Positions 44,863 through 54,861 of a stretch of DNA of 61,237 nt are shown here, piece by piece (position 1 is the first letter of the stretch; each line of letters starts with the position of its first letter). Origin of the DNA: an uncultured Bacteroidales bacterium (lineage in GTDB: Bacteria > Bacteroidota > Bacteroidia > Bacteroidales > UBA12077); contig CAZSIC010000005.1 in NCBI GenBank assembly GCA_964606845.1, forward strand, positions 1 to 61,237. Direction: 5' to 3'. Below the pieces are notes generated by a model. The model was not told the DNA's origin, searched no databases, and saw only the letters and a program-made list of their open reading frames with translations. Both the position numbers and the translations under genes were made by a program.

Positions 44863-46155
44863 CTAAAACAGGGTATCCATCACAGTTTTTACTTCTTCGA
44901 GCGAAGGGTTGATATCAAATACAAACGATGGTTTTAAATAAATTAAATCATTTTCATCTTTAAATCGCTCTTCTCCACCACCGGTGATGTTAAGCATAAT
45001 TAAATCATCTTTTTTCACGATGCCTTCGTTAACTGCTTTGATTAACGTTGCTGTTGCAACGCCCGAAGCGGGATGAATATCATTTCCTTCTAATTCTTTA
45101 AAAAGACTACAGGCTTCGTCAAGCTCTTTATTATTTGCGGTTAACACATCTCCGCCTGCATCTTTCATGGCATCGTATAAGCCACCAATAATAGGGTAGG
45201 GAGGTTTACGGTTCGAAAGAACCTTAGCTAAAATTTGTTCAACTTTTTTTCTGGCTACATTATCATCCATCGGTAAAATATCTCTGGAATCAGCTCTCCA
45301 GGCTTCTTGTAAAATAACAAAAGGTTCGTTTTGCGAAACCATTAGTTTCATTTTGTTATTTCCAAACCTTCCATCTTCTATTAACCGTAAGTTTGCTTCC
45401 CACGCAGCAATAGCTCCGGTTCCGCTTCCTACGGCCTGAAAATAATAATCCGGAATTTTACCAATTTCGGTAACAGCCGAAAGCACTGTTGTTCCCATCC
45501 CATCGCGGCGGGCTACATTTTTTGCTCCTCCTTCGGCAATAAAATTGTCTAGCTGGCAGGCCAAATTTGATAGATGAATCGCGTCAAAATAATCACTTCC
45601 GCTTTTGGTGACCACTAGCTTAACACAATCGTTAATGGGTTTATTAAACCAGAGCGAATCAATATTATCTTCGGGTACACAAAGTAATAAAGGAATGTTA
45701 TTGTCGGAACATACACGTGCAAATGCTCGTGCAGTGTTACCTGCCGAAGCAACCACCAAAACTTTTTCCTCGTCAGATGATAATCGTCCGCAAACCGAAT
45801 ATGCTTCTGTTTCTTTAAATGAACAAGTTGGGAAATTTGCTCCTTTTTCAGGCCAATAACCACTAAATGTGATATATAAATTTGATAATCCCAAATGTTC
45901 GGCTAAACCTTTGCTTTTAAATGTAACAGGAGCCGACGATCCTTCAAGTGTTTTATGTATCGGAAGCCAGTCGGAAAATTTGTAAATTCCCAACGAGTTA
46001 TCTTTTACATTTAATTGTTTATTATCGTAAATTGCTCTAATTAGCGTTGGTTCTTTTTCTTCGAGGGCTTCTAGTGTCCATCCTTCATCTTTAAATGTTT
46101 TGCCTGTTTTTACCGATTGTAGTGTATATTTCGTAGGTTCAAAATTATTTCCCAT
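44863..46155 (-). CDS. Threonine-synthase-like PLP enzyme, probably cysteate synthase
   Basis: 'GLSNLYITFSGYWPEKGANFPTCSFKETEA' holds the PLP-Lys in SFK. 'ASAGNTARAF', 'YYFQAVGSGTG' and 'NITGGG' are also present. The N-terminus is unlike ThrC and resembles cysteate synthase as I recall it. Confidence 0.6.
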   Translation of the reverse strand: MGNNFEPTKYTLQSVKTGKTFKDEGWTLEALEEKEPTLIRAIYDNKQLNVKDNSLGIYKFSDWLPIHKTLEGSSAPVTFKSKGLAEHLGLSNLYITFSGYWPEKGANFPTCSFKETEAYSVCGRLSSDEEKVLVVASAGNTARAFARVCSDNNIPLLLCVPEDNIDSLWFNKPINDCVKLVVTKSGSDYFDAIHLSNLACQLDNFIAEGGAKNVARRDGMGTTVLSAVTEIGKIPDYYFQAVGSGTGAIAAWEANLRLIEDGRFGNNKMKLMVSQNEPFVILQEAWRADSRDILPMDDNVARKKVEQILAKVLSNRKPPYPIIGGLYDAMKDAGGDVLTANNKELDEACSLFKELEGNDIHPASGVATATLIKAVNEGIVKKDDLIMLNITGGGEERFKDENDLIYLKPSFVFDINPSLEEVKTVMDTLF

Positions 46156-46227
46156 TTTATTTGATCTTTTTTTTGAATGGGTAAAAATATAAAAAATGTA
46201 CGGATTCCTGAATATTTTTTTAGAAAG

Positions 46228-47568
46228 TTACAAATGAATACTAAAGGTTGTGCCCTGGTTTACCTGCGAACTAACTTTAATTTTTCCTTTGTGCATGTAA
46301 ACAATCATTTTCGAGTAGTACAATCCTATTCCTGTTCCGTCTTTTTTGGTTGTATAAAAAGGTACAAAAATATCTTTAAGTTCTTCGCTATTCATTCCTT
46401 TTCCATTGTCGCTAACATTAATCATTACCTCATCAATTTTTTGAGAATTATTGATGATGATTTCAGGATTTTCAGAATTTTCAACCGCATCAATAGCATT
46501 TTTTATCAGATTAATCATTACCTGGGTGAGTAATGATTTGTCGGCAAATAATTTTATATCATTATTTCCACGGAAATCAAGTTTTATATTTTTTTCGGTG
46601 ATTGTATTTTTAAAGAGCTGTTTAATTTCATCTATAACTTCAACTAAAACAAAGTGATTAAAAGTGGGTTCGGGTATTTTATACAATTTACGGTACGATT
46701 CTACAAACCGCATTAACCCGTGAACCCTGTTATTAAGAGCTTTTAAGCCTAAAAATGTATCATCAATGGTGGTTTGGTCAATTTTATCAATAATTTTTGG
46801 TTTGTCGTTTTCTTTATAAATATCGAACAGCGAATAGGCCAGTGTTTTCATGGGTGTAACCGAATTCATAATTTCGTGAGTAATCACGTGCATTAATTTT
46901 TTCCACGATTCCAGCTCTTCCTTATCCAATTCGGCAGAAATATTTTGCATGGAAACCACTTTCAATTTTTTTCCACGCAGAATAAAGTTATTTTGATGAA
47001 TGGCAATTTTATACAATTCATGCTTTACCTGGATGGGTAAAATAATACTTTTCTCTTTGGATGTGAGTAATTTTTGCGGTAATTCAGGATTAAAATTTTC
47101 CAGCTTATTGATATGATTTAAATTTTTTAAAGCAAATAAATCGAGAACTGATTTATTGAGCAGCTCTAAATTCCCCTGATCATCAAAAACAATTATTCCT
47201 GAACCCGATTGATTGACCGCATTTTTAAACAGATGGTATTGTTCTTCTTTTTCGATGCTGATGGTTTTGATTTTTTGATTTAAGAACGATAATAGCTCAT
47301 TGAATTCTCTGCCAAATGCATTTTTTGATTCCGGGATAAATACAAGGTCTCCTTCTTTAAAGTTGATAATAAAATCTTTTATAATTCCGGTAGTTTTATA
47401 AATATACCTGAATAATAAATAAACAGAAGTCATCCATAAAAAGAATAAAATATACCTTGAAATAACCAATGAGTTTGAAGAGCTAAACGACCATATGGTT
47501 AATGATCCTAATGCAGCGATAAGGATTATTAACAAAAAAATTTTAATGTAGAATCTATTGAAGGCCAT
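46228..47568 (-). CDS. Sensor histidine kinase (two N-terminal TM helices, PAS-like, HisKA, HATPase_c)
   Basis: H-box 'HVITHEIMNSVTP', N-box 'LIKNAIDA', and G-boxes 'DNGKGM' and 'GTGIGL'. The start at 47568 overlaps the upstream regulator's stop by 14 nt. Confidence 0.85.
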   Translation of the reverse strand: MAFNRFYIKIFLLIILIAALGSLTIWSFSSSNSLVISRYILFFLWMTSVYLLFRYIYKTTGIIKDFIINFKEGDLVFIPESKNAFGREFNELLSFLNQKIKTISIEKEEQYHLFKNAVNQSGSGIIVFDDQGNLELLNKSVLDLFALKNLNHINKLENFNPELPQKLLTSKEKSIILPIQVKHELYKIAIHQNNFILRGKKLKVVSMQNISAELDKEELESWKKLMHVITHEIMNSVTPMKTLAYSLFDIYKENDKPKIIDKIDQTTIDDTFLGLKALNNRVHGLMRFVESYRKLYKIPEPTFNHFVLVEVIDEIKQLFKNTITEKNIKLDFRGNNDIKLFADKSLLTQVMINLIKNAIDAVENSENPEIIINNSQKIDEVMINVSDNGKGMNSEELKDIFVPFYTTKKDGTGIGLYYSKMIVYMHKGKIKVSSQVNQGTTFSIHL

Positions 47569-48943
47569 ATTTATCAATTTTATTGTATAAAGTTCTTCGT
47601 GATACACCTAAAAGTTCTGATGCTTTGGTGTAATTTCCTTTCGCATTATTGATGGCAGACTGAATCAATTTTTTCTCATGATTTTCAAGATTAAAGGAAT
47701 CTTCCGGTTGGTTTATCTGAGCGTTTTTTTCTATGTTTTGTCCATCAGCATAAATATCGGTTATCGAAAGTTTGTTATTTTCGCTTAAAATTACTGCTCT
47801 TTCAATAGCATGTTTTAATTCTCGAATATTCCCCGGCCACGAATAATTCTGTAATCGTTTAATTATTGAGGGTGTGTACTTTAGTTCCTGTTTTTTGTAT
47901 TTTGATTTAAATTTTTCGAGATAAAAACCGATAAGTTCAGGAATATCTTCTTTTCTTGCTCGAAGAGGAGGAACGTCAATTTGAATCGTATTTAAACGAT
48001 ATAGCAAATCTTCTCTGAAATTTCCGGATCGGACTAATTCAGCTAAATTAGCATTGGTAGCCGAAATAATCCGAATATCCAATGGAGTCGTTTTTGTGCT
48101 TCCTACGGGTGATATTTCTTTATTTTGAATGGCTGATAATAGTTTAGCCTGCTGTTCAAAAGTAAGGTTCGCAATTTCGTCTAAAAAAAGAGTTCCTCCG
48201 TTAGCAACTTCAAACCATCCTGTTTTATCTGAAGTGGCATTGGTAAAAGCCCCTTTAACATGACCAAAAAGTTCGCTTTCAAAAAGCGTAGGTGTTAGCG
48301 ATCCTAAATCGATGGTTACAAAAGGAGCTTCATTTCTATGGCTTAATTGATGAATACTTTTAGCAATTATTTCTTTTCCAGAACCATTTTCGCCGGTAAT
48401 TAAAACATTGGCATCGGTAGGAGATATTTTGTCTACGGTTTGCCAAATATTTTTCATTTTTGGCGATAAACCTTTTATAATATCAAGGTTAGAAGTGTTT
48501 TGTTGGGCCAGTTGCTTATTTTTTTCGGTAAGCCTATTAATTTGTTTTTTTGTTTCGTTTAATTTGGCTGCGCGTAGGATTGATGCCAGTAAGTGTTCTT
48601 CATTCCAGGGTTTTTCAATAAAATCTGTTGCTCCGTTATGCATGGCTTTTACAGCCAGTTGTACAGCTCCATAGGCCGTTATACAAATAATTATTGCATC
48701 GGGTTTGATTTTTAGAATTTCATTAAGCCAGAATATACCTTCATTTCCAGAACGGTCTCCGGCTTTAAAATTCATATCTAAAAGTATTAAATCAAAATTA
48801 TTTCGCTCTATGGTAGAATATATATTGGAAGGACTACTAAGGGTGGTTATCTCATTAAAATAATTACGAAGAAATATTTTTAATGCAACAAGAATATCTT
48901 CATTATCGTCAATAATTAAAACATTATCGTATTTTTTTTCCAT
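47555..48943 (-). CDS. Sigma-54-dependent Fis-family response regulator (NtrC-like)
   Basis: REC ('VLIIDDNEDI', 'LILLDMNF'). AAA+ module with 'GENGSGKE', 'ESELFGH', 'GAFTNA' and 'LFLDEI'. C-terminal HTH 'AS.LLGVSRRTLYNKI'. Confidence 0.92.
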   Translation of the reverse strand: MEKKYDNVLIIDDNEDILVALKIFLRNYFNEITTLSSPSNIYSTIERNNFDLILLDMNFKAGDRSGNEGIFWLNEILKIKPDAIIICITAYGAVQLAVKAMHNGATDFIEKPWNEEHLLASILRAAKLNETKKQINRLTEKNKQLAQQNTSNLDIIKGLSPKMKNIWQTVDKISPTDANVLITGENGSGKEIIAKSIHQLSHRNEAPFVTIDLGSLTPTLFESELFGHVKGAFTNATSDKTGWFEVANGGTLFLDEIANLTFEQQAKLLSAIQNKEISPVGSTKTTPLDIRIISATNANLAELVRSGNFREDLLYRLNTIQIDVPPLRARKEDIPELIGFYLEKFKSKYKKQELKYTPSIIKRLQNYSWPGNIRELKHAIERAVILSENNKLSITDIYADGQNIEKNAQINQPEDSFNLENHEKKLIQSAINNAKGNYTKASELLGVSRRTLYNKIDKYGLQ

Positions 48944-49057
48944 ATTGCAAAGTAAAGCTAAAAATTAATATTGTGAAAAAAATTTACACTAAATTGAGCA
49001 TAATTTGCACAATTGTATTTTTGTTTTATTTTTATTGCATTGATTTTTAGAGTTTTG

Positions 49058-49065
49058 TAGTTTTG
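49058..49065 (+). promoter_or_regulatory. Candidate Bacteroidota sigma-A -7 box (TAnnTTTG) upstream of the disrupted FtsX gene
   Basis: TAGTTTTG is an exact match, 47 nt upstream of the ATG at 49112. Confidence 0.3.
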
Positions 49066-49111
49066 GCATTATTATAGTCAGTGTATAGTAAATCAACAAA
49101 AATTTTAAAAG

Positions 49112-51466
49112 ATGAAAATACTATACAATATTAAATGGTCGTTTAAGCAATTCAGAAAATATCCATTACAATCTTTTATTAATATTTTTGGATTGGCTAT
49201 TGGATTAACTGTATTTATGTTAATTAGTTTATACATCTATTATCAAAATAGTGTAGATAAATTTCATGAGAAGGCAGAAAAAATTTACCGTTTGGAAAAT
49301 GGATTTGGTGGAATAACTCCGGGTACATATCTTGATTTTTATAATGAGAAAATTCCGGAAATAAAATATGCTGCCAGGATAAGCTTTTTAAATGGTTTAG
49401 TTCATTACCAGCAGGAAAATTCTGATATAATTGATAAAGGTATTTATACAGAAATTGTTATGGCTGATAAGGATTTCCTGAAAATGTTTAATTACCCTTT
49501 GATTCATGGTAATCTTGATGATATTTATGCTAACCCTGCTTCTATTATATTAACTGAAACCCTGGCTAATAAATTATTTGGTGACACTAATCCAATCAAT
49601 AAATTAATTACCTATGATTCTGAAAGTAAACTTACTGTAAAAGGGATAATACAAGATGTACCCGAGAATTCATCATTAAAATTTGGAGCAATTGTACCGA
49701 TTAATTATTATAAAACTCTAAATAATGATCCCGACTTTTTTTCCAACTGGTATCGTTGGATGTACGAAACTTTTTTTCTTTTTGAAGAGGGTTCAGAGAT
49801 TAGTCAGGTTAAAAAGAAATTCGATCAGGCTTTAACCGAAAGATATTTGAATTCTCAAGGCAGAAATCAGGATTATAAAGCAGATCAGGTGTTTCGTCCG
49901 TACTCAGAAATATATTTTCATGCAGAAATGGATCAACATACCCATGGGAACAAAAAACATGTTATCATTTTTGGAATTGTAGCCATTTTTGTTTTGATTA
50001 TTGCTTGTATCAACTACATTAATATTTCTACAGCACTGGCATCGAGCAGATTTAAAGCTTTGGGTATAAAAAAAGTTGCCGGTGCTTCACGTAATGATAT
50101 AATTAATTTAATTTTATTCGAGGGCGTAGTTATTGCTTTTTTGGCTGTTGCTTTGTCGGTTTTAATTACAGAACTTACAATCCCTTAATTTCGTGATTTA
50201 ACTTTTCTTGAGATACAAATACCTTATTCACTGCCATTAGTTCTGAGTGTATTTCTATTTTTGCCCTTAATACTAGGTATGTTTGCAGGACTTTATCCAT
50301 CAATTTATTTAAGTAATTTTAAACTTACCGATGTGGTTAAAGGTGAAATTACAAAAGGTAAATCGGGTGCTATTTTTAGAAAAGTACTTACCATTTTACA
50401 ATTTACGATCTCGGTATTTTTAATTATCGGTACCATTGTGGTAAAGAAACAATTAACTTTTATCAATAATTTCGATCCAGGTTTTGATACTGAACAGATT
50501 GTATACGCTCCATTAAACGCTACAATAAAAAAGCATTTTGATGTTTTTAAAGGGAAAGTATTGCAAAATAGGAATGTATCAGGTATAACAAGAACAAATA
50601 GTTTTATCACAAAAGCCGGTTCATGGACTACCATTACAGATGGGCCCGACCGCCAAATTGATGGTTACTATTTTGGTGTTGATGAGGATTTTTTCAAGTT
50701 TTTCAATATTGATTTTATTAAAGGAAGAGATTTTACCGAAAATGATTTGTTAAGAGAAACGGCTCCCTACATTGTGAACCGAGAGATGGCCAATTGGTAT
50801 GGATCTGTTGATACAGCTTTAACCAAAAAAATAAATCAGGGAGACATTATTGGAGTGGTTGAAAATATTCAGGTTACCGATTTGCAAAGTAAACCAGGCC
50901 CTACTGTTTTTCAAATAGAACCTAAGTATGCTTATCTGATGTACATAAAAATAAATGCAACAAATTATAAAGAAACTATTCAACATATTGAAAATGTATG
51001 GTCTGAAATTGCACCTGAATATCCCCTGGATTTGGTTTTTTTGAATGACTCTTTCGAACGAATTTACCGTTCTGAAATTCAGTTCGGAAAAGTTTTTATG
51101 ATTTTTGCCATTATTTCGATCTTCCTTGCTTGCTTAGGACTATTTGCACTGGCATCATTTATGTCGCTAAAACGAACCAAAGAAATAGGAATTAGAAAAG
51201 CGCTCGGATCATCAACAAGATCAATCACTTTGTTATTATCGAAAGAGCTCACTCAGTGGGTGCTTATTGCCAATATTATTGCAGCACCGTTGGCTTATTT
51301 TGCTATGAATAAATGGTTAAACTCATTTGCTTATAAAACAACACTTTCATGGTGGATTTTTGCCGTAGCTATAATTATTTCATTAGTTATTGCTTTGTCT
51401 ACCATTTTTTATCATACCATAACCACTGCCCGGAAAAATCCGGTAGATTCGTTGAGATATGAGTAA
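49112..51466 (+). pseudogene. FtsX/MacB-like ABC transporter permease interrupted by one in-frame TAA (50186-50188)
   Basis: ORFs 49112-50188 and 50261-51466 are in the same frame. The 72 nt between them also read through cleanly ('..LTIP*FRDLTFLEIQIPYSLPLVLSVFLFLPLILGMFAG..'). The joined product is colinear with the 806-aa paralogue. Confidence 0.8.
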
Positions 51467-51574
51467 ATATTAAAATAGTATAAGAGCTGCCATTTTAATT
51501 CAGGCAGCACTTATCCTAACTTTTTATTGAAATAATCCTGAAACGATGGTCAGAATTTTGAATGATATATTCGT

Positions 51575-52342
51575 TTATTCATTGGATGTTGCATGATTGT
51601 AATTCTCTGCAACTTTTTCCCAGTTTATAACATTAAAAACGGCCTCGATGTAATCTTTTCTTTTATTTTGATAGTTCAGGTAATAGGCATGCTCCCAAAC
51701 ATCAATACCTAAAATAGGAGTCCCGCTGTAACCCAGTTTAGTCATCAGCGGATTGTCTTGATTAGGAGTACTTATCAAGCTTAACTTCCCTTCTTTATCT
51801 GTTACCAGCCAGCCCCAACCGGAACCAAATTGGGTTAATGCAGTTTGGGTGAGCTGCTTTTTAAACTCATCAAAGCTGCCAAAATCTTTATTAATGGCAT
51901 TGGCCAGTTCGCCTTGAGGTTTTTCTCCTTTATTTGGACCTAATATTTCCCAAAAAAGATTATGATTATAATAACCTCCGGCGTTGTTTCTAACAGCCTT
52001 ATTTTCAGGATCAAGTTTTTTTAGTACCTCTTCGATGGTCATATTGGCCATTTCGGTACCTTCAACCGCTTTGTTTAATTTGTTTGCATAACCAAGGTGG
52101 TGTCTGGAATAATGAATTTCCATTGTTTGGGCATCAATATTAGGTTCCAGAGCATCATAGGCATATGGAAGGCCTTTCATTTTAAAAACTCCGCCTTCAT
52201 CCACCTGAACATCATCAGGATTTCCTATTTCAAAAGTATTTTGATCTTTTTGATCAGAAGCATCAGTGTTTTCCTCCGGCTTTTGTTGATTACAAGACAT
52301 CAATAAACCGGCTGTTAATAGCATTAAGATAATTTTTTTCAT
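51575..52342 (-). CDS. Fe/Mn-family superoxide dismutase with lipoprotein signal peptide and acidic linker
   Basis: '[22 protein letters not shown]', 'NNAGGYYNH' and '[11 protein letters not shown]'. The N-terminus 'LLMSCNQQ' is a lipobox. Confidence 0.92.
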   Translation of the reverse strand: MKKIILMLLTAGLLMSCNQQKPEENTDASDQKDQNTFEIGNPDDVQVDEGGVFKMKGLPYAYDALEPNIDAQTMEIHYSRHHLGYANKLNKAVEGTEMANMTIEEVLKKLDPENKAVRNNAGGYYNHNLFWEILGPNKGEKPQGELANAINKDFGSFDEFKKQLTQTALTQFGSGWGWLVTDKEGKLSLISTPNQDNPLMTKLGYSGTPILGIDVWEHAYYLNYQNKRKDYIEAVFNVINWEKVAENYNHATSNE

Positions 52343-52721
52343 ACGAACTGTTTATTTTGATTTATAAAATAATTTTTGTTTTACTTGTTGTTCTTAAACA
52401 TACAACACTTTATGATGGATTTTGTTCAGAAAGATTAGCCAATGGGTTTCCATTCATTTTATATTTAATTATTTTGTGCTTTATTATGGTAAATTAGAAA
52501 TTTATTAATAGTGTTTGACTGTTATCTGTTTATTAAATGTGTGCGTTTCAATAGTTTTTAGAATTGCCTTGCATTCAGTTCAGACATCAATAATTTAAAC
52601 CAAAACTAAAAGACTTGTGTTGATTAATATTTATCAACCATGGAATTATTTATTACTGGTGCTTTTTTGGATTTATACTTAATATTTCTTATTTTTAGTA
52701 TATTAAATAGCCCCATTTTAG

Positions 52722-53777
52722 ATGAACTGCATTAATCTTTATAAAATTTTAATAAGAATTTTTCTACTCATACTTACTTTAGGCATATCTTTTGTATCTA
52801 TCAATGCTCAAAAGGTTGAATCTGTGTACCTGTCAGAAATGAAAACAGGGGATTCAATTTATGTTGTCACAAATAGAGTACAGGAGAGATCCGGTGAAAA
52901 CGTTTATTTTAACAATACTGTAAAATCAAACAGTCAGTTGGATTTTTTAAAAGTTATATTCCATGAGCCTGATTCTATCGTAAGCAAATTATTGAATTAT
53001 AACGAATTTATAAAGCAAATTACTTCCATAAAGTCTGATTGGCTTCTTTTTGTTCATGGTGATAGCAAAACCTACGACCAATCGGTGATGCGTGGTTTTG
53101 ATATACAAAGTTTACATCGTGTTCATGTAATTGTTTTTAGTTGGCCCAGTAAATATCCATCAATTAATGGATTAAAAAATTTTAAAAATTCAAAAGAAAA
53201 TGTAAAAAAGTCAATGGGTCATTTTACAGACCTTATCTCTTGTATAGATTCTTTAAAGCGGGATAATCCCGTTTTCAAAGATGATATCAATTTATCCATG
53301 TTTGTTCATAGTTTGGGAAATTTTTATCTGGAACACCTATTTAAAGAAAACAAAGAGGATAACAAATTTGGGTTAATTTTTGACCATGTAATTTTAAATT
53401 CAGCAGCTGTTAATCAGGAAATGCACAAAGAATGGGTAGAAAAGATGAATTTCCAGAAAAGGATATACATTACAAGTAACAGACAGGATTTTAACCTAAA
53501 GGGAAGTCGAATATTTACCAAAGACGGTAAAATGCTTGGCGAAAAAACTGAAACTCCAATTGCCGAAAATGCAAATTATGTGCAGTTTACCAAAGCAGTA
53601 GGTTTTAGATTTCCAACAGGTACAACCCATACTTTTTTTATTGGTGAAGTAGCCGATAAAAGTAAAAATATCCGTGAATTTTATTTTAACATGATGCATG
53701 GTAATGAAATTGATTTGAATAACGAGAATCAATATATTAAAAGAAAAGATAGTATTGGATACGATATAATTTTTTAA
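52722..53777 (+). CDS. Alpha/beta hydrolase, DUF900-like
   Basis: Signal peptide, 'LLFVHGDS', 'VIVFSWPS', and the nucleophile elbow 'FVHSLGN'. Confidence 0.7.
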   Translation: MNCINLYKILIRIFLLILTLGISFVSINAQKVESVYLSEMKTGDSIYVVTNRVQERSGENVYFNNTVKSNSQLDFLKVIFHEPDSIVSKLLNYNEFIKQITSIKSDWLLFVHGDSKTYDQSVMRGFDIQSLHRVHVIVFSWPSKYPSINGLKNFKNSKENVKKSMGHFTDLISCIDSLKRDNPVFKDDINLSMFVHSLGNFYLEHLFKENKEDNKFGLIFDHVILNSAAVNQEMHKEWVEKMNFQKRIYITSNRQDFNLKGSRIFTKDGKMLGEKTETPIAENANYVQFTKAVGFRFPTGTTHTFFIGEVADKSKNIREFYFNMMHGNEIDLNNENQYIKRKDSIGYDIIF

Positions 53778-53795
53778 ATGAATTAATAATTGGGA

Positions 53796-54680
53796 ATGAT
53801 GAGAAAATTTAATAAACAACTAAAATATGCAGGATTTTTATTCATCCTTTTAATGATTGAATCTTGTGTAAGTTTTAAATCAGGATGTAATAAATATAAA
53901 GAAAAGTTATATTCTGAAAATATTGAAACATTATTTAGCCAAGCGCAAGAAATAGAGAAATCAGCTTCTTCAGCTGATGAAGTTTTAAAACTTATTGATG
54001 CTTTTAAAAAGATTGAAAATACAGATCCTTATAATTATCAAGCTTTATGGAAAATAGGGAATTACAATATATTAATGGGAGCAGCTTACGCAGAGAAAAC
54101 TAAAGATAAAAGGTTTTATTACCGTGAGGCAATCAAATATTGTGAGAAAGCCATGTGCACGAACAAAGCCTTTGCTGCTGAAATTGAAAAAGGCACAGAA
54201 ATTACCGATGCATGTAATAGATTAAGCCTTAGCGAAATAGATGCAATGGGATATTGGTATACTGCCCGGTTTTATTATTTTAAGGAATGTATGAGACCGA
54301 TAAGAAGAATGATAAACACAAAAATTGTAATACAAAATAATATTATGATTGATCGTATGGATGAATTGGACCCAAACTGGACCGGAGGCGGCAATTATTT
54401 TTCCCGTGCATTGTATTACATAGCAATACCAGAGAAATTTGGAGGAAGTAAGCAGCGTGCCCGTGATGAATTTAATAAAGCTGTAGAGGTTGGTCCGGAC
54501 TATTTAGTAAACCGTTGGGGAAGAGCTAAATATCTTTATCAATTAACAGGAAATAGTGAGGCTTCTAAATCCGATTTGGAATGGGTTGTTTCACAGGATC
54601 CTAAAAAAGCAGGCAATACCTATCCATGGAATGTTTATTTCCAAAGAGATGCACAAAAAATGTTAGACAAAATGAAGTAA
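53796..54680 (+). CDS. TatT-like TPR lipoprotein (TRAP-transporter TatT component family)
   Basis: Lipobox 'MIESC'. The C-terminal region 'GGGNYFSRALYYIAIPEKFGGSKQRARDEFNKAVEVGPDYL.NRW..AKYL' is typical of TatT-family proteins. The ATG at 53796 is preferred over the listed TTG at 53790. Confidence 0.65.
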   Translation: MMRKFNKQLKYAGFLFILLMIESCVSFKSGCNKYKEKLYSENIETLFSQAQEIEKSASSADEVLKLIDAFKKIENTDPYNYQALWKIGNYNILMGAAYAEKTKDKRFYYREAIKYCEKAMCTNKAFAAEIEKGTEITDACNRLSLSEIDAMGYWYTARFYYFKECMRPIRRMINTKIVIQNNIMIDRMDELDPNWTGGGNYFSRALYYIAIPEKFGGSKQRARDEFNKAVEVGPDYLVNRWGRAKYLYQLTGNSEASKSDLEWVVSQDPKKAGNTYPWNVYFQRDAQKMLDKMK

Positions 54681-54861
54681 GAGCAATTTATGGCAAAGCT
54701 GTTTTATCCTGTATTTAAATTAAGCGTTATTAAATACCATTAGCCAGTTAAACCAGGATTTTTAGTGCATGAAAATATTCATATAACAAGAACTGAAAAT
54801 AAAAAACTAAGACCAGAAAACATTCAGAATAAAAGTTTAAATAAGTAAGAAAATAAAAAAG

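Noticed and set aside
46177-46533. A 118-aa plus-strand ORF at the cysteate-synthase/kinase junction
   Set aside because: It mostly overlaps the HATPase_c-encoding end of the histidine kinase on the opposite strand. The product is Phe/Asn/Ile-rich, consistent with antisense translation of A+T-rich coding DNA.
49063-49080. A possible sigma-54 promoter (TTGGCAT-N-TAGTC) upstream of the disrupted FtsX gene, next to the NtrC-like regulator
   Set aside because: The GG is present, but the dinucleotide 10 nt downstream is GT rather than the conserved GC, and the -12 TTGC element is missing. The same bases overlap an exact sigma-A-type TAnnTTTG box, which is the simpler reading. No TGGCA or TGCCA motif was seen in front of the other neighbouring genes.
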